A model generated the notes under the pieces. That model searched no databases and was not told where the DNA came from. It saw only the letters and a program-made list of their open reading frames with translations. Made by a program: the position numbers and the translations under genes. From an uncultured Armatimonadia bacterium (lineage in GTDB: Bacteria > Armatimonadota > Zipacnadia > CAVVLO01), in contig CAVVLO010000003.1 of the NCBI GenBank assembly GCA_963749155.1, positions 512,001 to 576,000 of the forward strand: a DNA stretch of 64,000 nt, written 5' to 3'. Shown piece by piece: positions 20,795 to 29,536 of this stretch (its first letter is position 1; every line of letters begins with the position of its first letter).

Positions 20795-22555
20795 ATGGAA
20801 CTGCTTTCCGGCAATGAGGCCTTCGCCCGAGGCGCCTTCGAGGCGGGAGTCCGCCTGGCCTCTGGCTATCCTGGCACCCCCTCGACCGAGATCCTCGAGA
20901 ATCTTGTCAAGCATAAAGATGAGGTTTATTGCGAATGGGCGCCCAATGAGAAAGTCGCCTTCGAGGTCGCCGCGGGTGCCTGCCTGACTGGGGCGCGCGC
21001 AATCTGCACGATGAAGCATGTCGGCCTCAATGTGGCTGCCGATCCGCTGATGACGCTTGCCTACACGGGCACGGTGGGCGGCTTTGTTGCCCTGGTAGCG
21101 GACGATCCAGGGATGCATTCTTCCCAAAATGAACAGGACACCCGCCAATATGCCCGTTTTGCCAAAGTACCACTCCTGGAGCCTTCCGACTCGCAGGAGG
21201 CACTCGATTTTGTAAAGCTGGGGCTGGAGCTATCCGAGGAGTTCTCCACGCCTGTAATCGTGCGCAGCTCAACGAGAGTAAGCCATTCTCGCAGCCTGGT
21301 CGAGACCGGCGAACGCCTCGTGCCCGAGCGTCCCGTTGGCTTCGTGAAAGACCCGCCCAGTTTCGTGCCCATCCCGATGTGGGCGCGCGAGATGCGCATA
21401 AGGCTCGAAAGCCGGCTCGCTGCGCTTGAAGAAGCGGCCTGCAATTCGCCCCTTAATCGAATCGAGTGGGCAGGCAAGCGGCTTGGGGTCATCGCCTCGG
21501 GTATCGCATATCAGTATGCGAAGGAGGCCTTCCCCAAAGCTTCTTTCCTCAAGCTGGGCTGGTGCTGGCCCTTCCCCGACAGGTTGTTATTCGATTTCGC
21601 AAGTCAGGTAGAGGAAGTGCTGGTCGTCGAAGAGCTGGATGACTTCCTGGAAGAGCATCTGCGTTCGCTCGGAATCGCCTGTCACGGGAGGGATGTCATC
21701 TCGGGCATCGGAGAACTCTCTACCGAGCGCCTGCTGGAGGCCCGCGCAAAGCTCGAAGGCGGGCAGTTCAGTCTGCCGGCCCCAGTCGCCGAGGCGGCTG
21801 ACCTGCCGGCGCGCCCGCCGGTGCTGTGTCCCGGCTGCCCGCATCGGCCGGTCTTCCACGCGCTGGGCAAGCACGAGGTGGTCGTCACCGGTGACATCGG
21901 TTGCTACACTTTGGGCGTGCTGCCCCCTCTTTCGCGCCTGGACACCACCTTGTGCATGGGCGCGGGCATCTCGATGGCCCACGGGATGGACAAAGCAGGC
22001 GAGCCGAAGCCCGTCGTGGGCATCGTCGGCGACTCTACCTTCTTCCATTCGGGCATCACAGGCCTGCTGGACATCGGCTACAACCGCGGCAAGTGTACTA
22101 TCTTCGTGCTGGATAACCGCACCACCGCAATGACCGGCCATCAGGAGCATCCTGGCACCGGCCTGACGTTGATGGGAGAGGCGACCAGCACCGCTTCTAT
22201 CGCGGAGTTCGGGCGCGCCTGCGGCATCAAGCGCGTCATCACCGTAAATCCTTACAACTTGAAACACCTTACCGAGGTAGTCGCTGAAGAGCTGGCCGCG
22301 GATGAGGCAAGTCTTATCATTACCGAGGGCGCCTGTCCCCTGCGAGAACGCAAGCGCGTGGGCATCCAGCGCTTTATTGACGCCGAGGCCTGCAAGAAAT
22401 GTGGCGCCTGCCTGCGCATCGGCTGCCCGGCCATCGAATCTACCGAGGCAGGCGGGGTGCCTTCCATCAACCTGCTGCTTTGCAGCGGATGCGGGCTGTG
22501 CGCGCAAGTCTGCAAGTTCGACGCAATCAAGCTGGCAGGTGAACCAGTAGAATGA
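20795..22555 (+). CDS. iorA: Indolepyruvate:ferredoxin oxidoreductase alpha subunit
   Basis: LLSGNEAFARGA, GYPGTPSTEI, MKHVGLNVAAD, CPGCPHR, GDSTFFHSG, C-terminal ferredoxin CxxCxxC motifs. Confidence 0.97.
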   Translation: MELLSGNEAFARGAFEAGVRLASGYPGTPSTEILENLVKHKDEVYCEWAPNEKVAFEVAAGACLTGARAICTMKHVGLNVAADPLMTLAYTGTVGGFVALVADDPGMHSSQNEQDTRQYARFAKVPLLEPSDSQEALDFVKLGLELSEEFSTPVIVRSSTRVSHSRSLVETGERLVPERPVGFVKDPPSFVPIPMWAREMRIRLESRLAALEEAACNSPLNRIEWAGKRLGVIASGIAYQYAKEAFPKASFLKLGWCWPFPDRLLFDFASQVEEVLVVEELDDFLEEHLRSLGIACHGRDVISGIGELSTERLLEARAKLEGGQFSLPAPVAEAADLPARPPVLCPGCPHRPVFHALGKHEVVVTGDIGCYTLGVLPPLSRLDTTLCMGAGISMAHGMDKAGEPKPVVGIVGDSTFFHSGITGLLDIGYNRGKCTIFVLDNRTTAMTGHQEHPGTGLTLMGEATSTASIAEFGRACGIKRVITVNPYNLKHLTEVVAEELAADEASLIITEGACPLRERKRVGIQRFIDAEACKKCGACLRIGCPAIESTEAGGVPSINLLLCSGCGLCAQVCKFDAIKLAGEPVE

Positions 22556-23133
22556 ATACGACCAGCGTAGTGCTCGCCGGGGTCGGCGGGCAAGGCATCT
22601 TGCTCGCCAGTGAACTCGTGGCCAAAGCCGCGATGCTCTCGGGCTTCGACGTGAAAACTAACGAAGTACACGGGATGGCCCAGCGAGGGGGGTCGGTGCT
22701 CGCGCAGATACGCTTTGGCGAGAAGGTCCACAGCCCCCTCGTGGCCCTCGGTCAGGCCGATGTATTCGGCGCGCTCGAGGCCATTGAGGGCCTGCGCTAT
22801 GCCAACTATCTCAAAAAAGGCGGCCTTGCCGTCTGCAGCACTCAGCGTATCATCCCGGTCACCGTCTCCTCCCGGTCGGCCGTTTATCCTGACGATGTTG
22901 AAACCCGCCTGGCCGCCGTCTTCCCTCGACTGGTGCTCGTGGACGCCGCCGACTTTGCGCTCAAGCTGGGGGATCTGCGCGTCGCCAATCTGGCGGTTAT
23001 GGGTGCTCTTTCTCAAGGCCTCGACCTTCCCCAGGAGGCCTGGCAGGAAGCCATCCGAAGCAGCCTCAAAGAAAGCTTCCTTGAGATGAACCTCAAAGCC
23101 TTCGAACTCGGCAGGCAGGCGGCGAAAGGCTGA
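22552..23133 (+). CDS. iorB: Indolepyruvate oxidoreductase beta subunit
   Basis: GVGGQGILLAS, EVHGMAQRGGSV; overlaps the iorA stop. Confidence 0.97.
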   Translation: MNTTSVVLAGVGGQGILLASELVAKAAMLSGFDVKTNEVHGMAQRGGSVLAQIRFGEKVHSPLVALGQADVFGALEAIEGLRYANYLKKGGLAVCSTQRIIPVTVSSRSAVYPDDVETRLAAVFPRLVLVDAADFALKLGDLRVANLAVMGALSQGLDLPQEAWQEAIRSSLKESFLEMNLKAFELGRQAAKG

Positions 23134-23138
23134 AAGGC

Positions 23139-23212
23139 ACAGGGGGATGTTCCCCCTGTACCCCCCGATTCGCTTCGCGCCGCAGGCCCAGTTTGGGGGT
23201 GCAGGGGCAACT
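23139..23212. repeat. Degenerate REP-like doublet (family B)
   Basis: CAGGGGGATGTTCCCCCTGTACCCC and GGGGGTGCAGGGGC; ATTCGCTTCGCGCCGCAG resembles the reverse complement of ~36628-36645. Confidence 0.55.
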
Positions 23213-23251
23213 CGTGAGCTTTGCTCACGCCGCCCCTGCGCTTTTCGGTCC

Positions 23252-24169
23252 TTATCTCTCTTCAAGCCACTCGTGGTAAGGTCTGGTTGTGCCATCGAGC
23301 AATACGAAAGGCATATAGCCTTCCCACGGGCGGGTGGCGTTGCAGTCGGTGCGTTCTCTGGAGCCTGTCACGAACCGCCCACTTACCATCTGCCACGCCT
23401 GCCAGCCGATGCCAAAGCGCTCGAGCGTCTCGATAGAATCCTTCGCCAGCAGTCCGCGCTCATAGTCGTCCAGCGAGCCGACGCAACATTCGGTCGCGAT
23501 GAGGGGTTTGCCGTATTCCGCAGCGATGGCAAGGTGGGCTTCACACTGGACTGTCATCTCACCGAGTTTGCGCGTATAGGGATGGAAGCTGATGACATCT
23601 ACCAGCGGCGCATAGAGGCGCACGTTATCCGTGAACATCGTCCCGATGGTGATTGGCTGGGTCGCGCGCTGACGTAGCTGGTTACTGGCCCAGGCGAGCC
23701 AGGCGAACTCCTTCAGATTGACGTCCACAGCCTCCCAGGGGGCCTGCGGCTCGTTGCACAGGTCCCAGCAGAGGATACGTTCGTCTTTACCAAAGCGGTC
23801 TGCCAGTGCTTCCACATAGGGGCGGAAGGCCCGGAAGCCGTAATCGGCCCGCAGCAGCACTTCGTTCGGCACTCCACCCGCCGGGTAGAGCTGGTCGGTC
23901 CAGCGATTGAAGAGGACGGGCATCGCCTTGAGGCCGTTTGCGTCCAGAATGCAGAGGGCTCGGTCCAGCGCGTCCAGCTTCGCGTCCCCCACTGCAAGGA
24001 AGGCGCTCCAGTCGAGCCAGAGCCGGAGGCAGTTGCTCCCAAAGCGCAGCGCCCAGGGCACCTCCCGCTCCCACACCTCGGGCTGGAAGTGGGTCCAGGT
24101 ATATTGCAGATGAGCACTGTAGCTGGGCATATAGTTGAAACCGCAGAGCTTGCTCCAGTCGTGGTCCAT
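23252..24169 (-). CDS. GH5-like (clan GH-A) glycoside hydrolase, cytoplasmic
   Basis: GFNYMPS, WDLCNEP, VISFHPY, PLIATE. Confidence 0.85.
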   Translation of the reverse strand: MDHDWSKLCGFNYMPSYSAHLQYTWTHFQPEVWEREVPWALRFGSNCLRLWLDWSAFLAVGDAKLDALDRALCILDANGLKAMPVLFNRWTDQLYPAGGVPNEVLLRADYGFRAFRPYVEALADRFGKDERILCWDLCNEPQAPWEAVDVNLKEFAWLAWASNQLRQRATQPITIGTMFTDNVRLYAPLVDVISFHPYTRKLGEMTVQCEAHLAIAAEYGKPLIATECCVGSLDDYERGLLAKDSIETLERFGIGWQAWQMVSGRFVTGSRERTDCNATRPWEGYMPFVLLDGTTRPYHEWLEER

Positions 24170-24279
24170 CTCATCGCCTCCCAGAGGCTTCGATTCGCCC
24201 TCACAGGCCTTTCTCCCTGCAGGAAGAGAGGCAGCTAGTGCGAATACCCTCCGCGAATCTGTTCCAATTGGAGGCACTT

Positions 24280-24714
24280 ATGCTTAAAGGTATCTCGCCG
24301 CTTATCAGTCCCGAGCTGCTGGAGGTGCTGGCGCGGATGGGTCACGGCGATTCAATCGTGCTGGCCGATGCGCACTTCCCTGGGGAGTCCGTCTGCAAGC
24401 GCGTCGTCCGCGCCGATGGCCTGCGCATACCCGACTTGCTGGACGCCATCCTGCCCCTGTTCGAGCTGGACAGTTATGTCGAGGCGCCGCTCGTGATGAT
24501 GGCCCCGGTGCCCGGCGATTCCCTCGATCCGACGGTGGAAGCCTCCTACCGGGCCGCGGTGGACCGCCATGCGCCCGCTACCGCGCCGATTGCGCGTATC
24601 GAGCGGTTCGAGTTCTACGAACGCGCCAAGGCGGCTTTCGCTGTCGTGATGACGGGCGAACTGGCCAAGTACGGCAACATCCTGCTAATCAAGGGAGTCA
24701 CCCCTGTCGAGTGA
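24280..24714 (+). CDS. fucU: L-fucose mutarotase / RbsD-FucU family
   Basis: [14 protein letters not shown]...[15 protein letters not shown]...RFEFYERAK...[10 protein letters not shown]. Confidence 0.93.
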   Translation: MLKGISPLISPELLEVLARMGHGDSIVLADAHFPGESVCKRVVRADGLRIPDLLDAILPLFELDSYVEAPLVMMAPVPGDSLDPTVEASYRAAVDRHAPATAPIARIERFEFYERAKAAFAVVMTGELAKYGNILLIKGVTPVE

Positions 24715-24732
24715 CCTGAAGGAGGAAGTCCA

Positions 24733-25500
24733 ATGCTCAACCTGTCCCCTTGCGTGGAGATGTTTTGGCACGACCTGCCCTATGAGGAGCGCGCCCGTAA
24801 AGCCGCCCAACTGGGATTCAAAGCTTTTGAGTTCTGGGGTTATGGCAACAAAGACTTCGAGGCCCTGAAGCGCGTGATGGGCGAGACGGGCATCAAGCTC
24901 GCGGCTTGCGGACTGACTGGCCCTGCGACCTCCATCCTGCTGCCGGAGGGCGTTGCCGGCTTCATCCAGGCTGTGAAGGACTGCATCTCCGTCTCTGAGT
25001 CACTCGGGGTGACGACTTTCATCGTGACGACAGGCAACGAACTGGAAGGGGTCCCGCGGGAGCTTCAGCGCGCGGCCCTGGTCGGTTGCCTCGAAGCGGG
25101 CGCGCCCGTGGCCGAGGATGCGGGCCTGACGCTGGTGCTGGAGCCGCTCAACCTGCTCGTAGACCACGCCGGCTATTATCTTGCTTCCAGCTACGAGGGG
25201 TTCGAGATAATTGGTGAGGTGGGCAGCCCGGCCGTGAAGCTGCTTTATGACATCTACCACCAGCAGATAACGGAAGGGAATCTGGTGCCGCACTTCCTGG
25301 CCGAGATCGACAAGGTGGGCCATTTCCACTCGGCCAACCACCCGGGGCGCTTCGAGCTTTCCAACGGTGAGATCAACTACCCCTATGTGCTCGGGGCAAT
25401 CAGAGACAGCTCCTATACCGGCTATGTGGGAATGGAATACCGCGTGAGCGACCCCGCCCGCGCGGACGAACTTGTCGCCGAGGCGCTGAGCCTGGCGTAA
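24733..25500 (+). CDS. Hydroxypyruvate isomerase-like TIM barrel protein
   Basis: LVLEPLN, LLYDIYHQQITEGN, HPGRFE, GMEY. Confidence 0.88.
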   Translation: MLNLSPCVEMFWHDLPYEERARKAAQLGFKAFEFWGYGNKDFEALKRVMGETGIKLAACGLTGPATSILLPEGVAGFIQAVKDCISVSESLGVTTFIVTTGNELEGVPRELQRAALVGCLEAGAPVAEDAGLTLVLEPLNLLVDHAGYYLASSYEGFEIIGEVGSPAVKLLYDIYHQQITEGNLVPHFLAEIDKVGHFHSANHPGRFELSNGEINYPYVLGAIRDSSYTGYVGMEYRVSDPARADELVAEALSLA

Positions 25501-25509
25501 GGCAACTAA

Positions 25510-26014
25510 CGGGGTGCAGGGGCAAATTGCCCCTGCGGTTTTCGGCTCTGATTCCAGGGCTTGAGGAAAGGCGCGAGGTTGGTGTTTCGGTGGCTTCGTC
25601 TCGAAACCGGCCATGGCCTCTCGGCACGTCGTAGGGGCGGGTCTGAGACCCGCCCTGTCTTTACGTTTGTTTATCAGCAATTGGCTGGTTTCGGCCCTGA
25701 AGAGACCGAAACACCAGCCGCGAGAACCTCGCCGATGCTCGATTCACTCGGTAAAAGTGCGGGGCGCAGGGGTATTACCCCTGCACCCCGTATTGGGAAG
25801 AGGTTGGTGTTTCGGTGGCTTCGTCTCGAAACCGGCCATGGCCTCTCGGCACTTCGTAGGGGCGGGTCTGAGACCCGCCCTGTCTTTACGTTTGTTTATC
25901 AGCAATTGGCTGGTTTCGGCCCTGAAGAGACCGAAACACCAGCCAGGAGAACTCGCAGATGCTCGATTCACTCGGTAAAAATGCGGGGTGCAGGGGACGC
26001 GCCCTTGCACCCCG
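25510..26014. repeat. REP/BIME-like mosaic with two 225-bp tandem units
   Basis: 25575-25790 repeated at 25800-26014; each unit has inverted family C hairpins flanking GTAGGGGCGGGTCTGAGACCCGCCC, followed by a family B hairpin. Confidence 0.9.
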
Positions 26015-26043
26015 TCTGGGTCAGACTCCACTTATTGTTTAGG

Positions 26044-26472
26044 TTAGTTCCACGGCCAGGGCAAGTCGCGGTCGTCATCATCATCGTCGTCCCGGTCGTC
26101 CCAGGGCCAGTCGTCATCATCGCTGTCATCGTAGCTGCGAGGCGTATAGTTTGGCAGTGTGCGAGCCTCGACGAACTTCAGGGTACGGGCATCGAACTGA
26201 TAAACCGCGCCGCCCCGGATGAGATAGAGATAACGCTCATTGGAAGTTGCGATGACGTTGCCGCTGTTCCAGGCAGGCCCGCCATAGGGATTGTTCCCCT
26301 TGCCCTGAGTGAGCACCAGGGGCGCCTGGTCGCTTGTCACCGAAGCCAGCATCGCCATTCCTTGCAGGTCGGCTTTGGCTGAGTGCGAGGCCTGATACTT
26401 GCCTCCATACCAGGCTCCGACAGCCACGAAAAGCAACACTACAGCAAATATCAAAAGAGTCTTCTTTTGCAT
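26044..26472 (-). CDS. Small exported/membrane-anchored hypothetical protein with Asp/Trp-rich tail
   Basis: N-terminal hydrophobic helix, GAGGTGGAG RBS, tail DDSDDDDWPWDDRDDDDDDDRDLPWPWN. Confidence 0.75.
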   Translation of the reverse strand: MQKKTLLIFAVVLLFVAVGAWYGGKYQASHSAKADLQGMAMLASVTSDQAPLVLTQGKGNNPYGGPAWNSGNVIATSNERYLYLIRGGAVYQFDARTLKFVEARTLPNYTPRSYDDSDDDDWPWDDRDDDDDDDRDLPWPWN

Positions 26473-26605
26473 CTTGCTCCACCTCTTTATGCGGTAACCC
26501 CGTTGCCTGGCTTTTACGCAAACACAGGGTCGGCCGCTTGGCTCTGTTGATCTAGGATACCCAGTTTGGGGAAGGTAATATCAGGTTGATGATATGCCAG
26601 TTTCC

Positions 26606-26831
26606 GGTTTCGGGAGCAGAGACTCCCGAAACACGCGGAGAGTGAGGTCTATTCGCTCTTGATGGCGCAGAAGGGTGCAAGGGTGGAACCCTTGCACCAT
26701 CGAAGGGAGGGGCGCAGCAAGCTCCCGAAACACGCGGAGAGGCAATCCTGGCTGGTGTTTCGGCGGCTTCAGCCCCGAAACCAGCCAAGGCTCTGTGTGA
26801 GGAGGCTGGGCGGGTCTGAGATTCGCTCCCT
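26606..26831. repeat. REP-like mosaic (families A, B, C)
   Basis: GTTTCGGGAG..CTCCCGAAACACGCG, GGTGCAAGGG-tggaa-CCCTTGCACCATCG, GGCTGGTGTTTCGG..CCGAAACCAGCC, degenerate GGGCGGGTCTGAGA. Confidence 0.85.
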
Positions 26832-28413
26832 TACCCAAGCTCCGAGGCCGCGCACCGCTCGAGCAGCGGGTGAGAGAGGCTCTCCATCCAGTCCAGCAAC
26901 TCCTGGCGCAGTTTTTTCGCCTGAGGCAGATGACGCGCGCGGTCTGGATTTGTCCCTAGCAGGTTGTTTACCTCATGCGGATCGGCCTCGAGGTCGAAAA
27001 GCAGGTCTGGCGCCTTGTCATGGGGGTACCAGACATACTTCCACTCGTGGGAGGCGATCAGGCTCCAGCGCGCCGGCTCTGCCCAGCCCAGCTCGGAGAA
27101 GGTATACTCCGTGCGCCCGTCGCGTCGGCCCTCGATCAGTGGTCGCAGGCTCTGGCCGTCCATCTCCCCCGCCGCAATCCCCAGATAATCCATCACCGTT
27201 GCGGGGATATCCACCGTGTTCACAGGCTGATCTATGACTGTCCCGGCGGGGATGACGCCCGGCAGCCGCATTAGCAGCGGCACGCGGACGGATTCCTGAT
27301 ACGGGACGAACTTCTGCGTCAGCCCGTGGTCGCCGAGTTGCTCGCCGTGGTCCGCGCAGAAGACGACCAGCGTCCTGTCGGCGATGCCAAGGTCATCCAG
27401 CGCGCGCAGGATGCGCCCAACCTGGAAATCCACCTCGGCAATCAGCTCGAAATACCGCGCGCGGAAGAGCTTCATATTGCGCAGCTCTACCTCGTCGAGT
27501 TGCCAGTTGTTTTGAACATAAAGCGTATTGGCCCGGTCGTGGTGCATCGTTGCAGGCAGGTCCATTGCATCCGGAGAGATACTTCCCGCGAACTGCTCGG
27601 GCACGTACCAGGGATGATGCGGCGAGAGGAAGGCCGCTGTAATCGAGAAAGGCTCTCCCGCAGAGCGCCTGATGGCCTCGACGGCTGTCTCCCCCGTCCA
27701 GCCAGTGAAGGTATGGCGAGTCGGCAACGAGTAGACGCCATACTGGCAGTTGAACTGGGCATGCGGAGTATCCTTGAGTTCCTCCTGGGTCAGGTCCATC
27801 GTGTAGGGGCGGCCGGAGATGATACTTTTACCTTCTCCGGAACCAGGCGGACGGGCAGGCCCGAGGATATGGTCCAGGTGGCGCTGATAAGGCGCAGCAA
27901 ACTTTTCGGAGACCTCGTTCGCGTAGCAATCGGTCAGGCTGAGATGACCGTGCCAGCGCCCGTGATACTCGGTATGGTAGCCCTGACGAGCCAGTTGCTG
28001 GTCATAGCTGCCAGCGCGGAAGTCGCAGTCTGCAGCATCGATTTTCGTGTTTATGGTGCAACCGCTGGTGTGGACCGTCTGACCCGAATGGAAGCAACTG
28101 CGGGCGGGGACGCATTCTGGCTGCGGCGTGAAGGCATAGGAGAAGCGCACTCCCTCGCGCGCGAGGCGGTCAAGGTTCGGCGTGTGGACATAGGGACTGC
28201 CCGCGCAGCTCAGCGCGTCGGCGCGCTGCTGGTCGGTGTTGATGAAGAGGACGTTCAAGCGGCCCAGCTCCTTCTTTCGACAGACCCTGCTGCCGAAGCG
28301 AGCGCATCCGGCAGGATGGTCATCCCGAGGGCAAGCCCTCCAAGCCCCGCCAGCCCTCGCGTTAGGAGTTCTTTCCGAGTGATGTCACGCCCTGCACCTG
28401 TTGCAGCCCTCAT
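26831..28413 (-). CDS. Tat-exported sulfatase (frameshift near 28262)
   Basis: NVLFINTDQQRAD, CVPAR, ADHGE; upstream frame gives MRAATG..ITRKELL..GLAGLGGLAL after a GGGAGG RBS. Confidence 0.9.
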
Positions 28414-28487
28414 CGCTGCACCTCCCTTGTTCGGAGAAGACTTCGGCACAGGATGCGCATCTCCCCCCTCGGCTGCTGTTTTGGGAG

Positions 28488-29104
28488 ATGTATCGGGAAC
28501 TTGTTCCCGATACATGCGGCTTAGGCTGATCCAGCAGAAAGCTGGGCGGGTCTCAGACCCGCCCCTGCATAAAGCGAAAGACCAACCCCTCGGCTGGTGT
28601 TTCGGGTTCCTGACCGAAGGTCAGGCATCTGCTCACGAAACCAGCCAAGTATATCAGATAAAAGCTGGGCGGGTCTCAGACCCGCCCCTACTCTCGATGG
28701 TGCAGGGATCTTATCCCTGCACCTCGTTAACTGTTCGACTTGGGTGCAAGGGTAGAACCCTTGCACCATCGAGGCTAGTTACCGAGCGTACAAGCGAAAA
28801 GCGCTGGGGCAGGGGCAAGACCTACCCCCGGCTGGTGTTTCGGGTTCCTGACCGAAGGTCAGGCCTCTGCTCACGAAACCAGCCAAGGATCTCTGAAAAA
28901 GCTGGGCGGGTCTCAGATCCGCCCCTACTCTCGATGGTGCAGGGATCTGTATCCCTGCACCTCGTTAACTGTTCGACTTGGGTGCAAGGGTAGAACCCTT
29001 GCACCATCGAGGCTAGTTACCGAGCGTAGAAGCGAAAAGCGCTGGGGCAGGGGCAAGACTTACTCCCGGCTGGTGTTTCGGCGGCTTCAGAACCAAAATC
29101 AGCC
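28488..29104. repeat. REP/BIME-like mosaic with two 238-bp tandem units plus a partial third
   Basis: Units start GGCTGGTGTTTCGG at 28592, 28830 and 29068; full units contain C, A and an inverted B doublet. Confidence 0.9.
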
Positions 29105-29241
29105 TTTGAAAAAATCTTTTGTAAATTCTCAGCAACCAATCCGCCAATTTTGGCTTTCTGGCACGCTTCTTGTGTAGATATAAGCCCCGGGTGGGAGGGG
29201 GTTTGGGATGGGATTTTGAGAGGTTTTCGTCCAGATTTGGC

Positions 29242-29349
29242 AACGCTTTCGATACAAGCTGTTAGCGAGATCGCTAGCGGCCCCGAAGATTTCTCATCTG
29301 GTGCTAGTCAGAACGCCTTCGATACAAGCTGGTAGCGAGCTGCTAACGG
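29242..29349. CRISPR. Possible degenerate orphan mini-array (2 repeats, 1 spacer)
   Basis: 38-39-nt imperfect direct repeats with internal palindrome, period 70, next to an AT-richer leader-like stretch; no cas genes in window. Confidence 0.3.
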
Positions 29350-29536
29350 TTCTACCAGGGGACAAAGAAAAACTCCAGAAGCGATGTAAGCGAAATCCTC
29401 GAGTCGTCACTGCAGCTCCGTTTGGCGCCACTTGAGCCACCCCAGGCAGGAATCTCCCTCCTTTGCGCCAACAATTCTAGGCTTAAAAAGGCAGAAAGCG
29501 GCGCTCCAGAACCGCTCTATAAAGGTGGAGAGGCAG

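Noticed and set aside
25561..26382. ORFs crossing the REP mosaics (recurring GAGLRPA, MVQGFYPCT peptides; also 28521-29007, 31979-32266, 36128-36760)
   Set aside because: Translations of palindromic repeats with no family motifs
25510..29104. REP mosaics as CRISPR arrays or integron attC sites
   Set aside because: Linkers are reused rather than unique, periods are 225-238 nt, orientations are mixed, and no attC R-box pairs or integrase were seen
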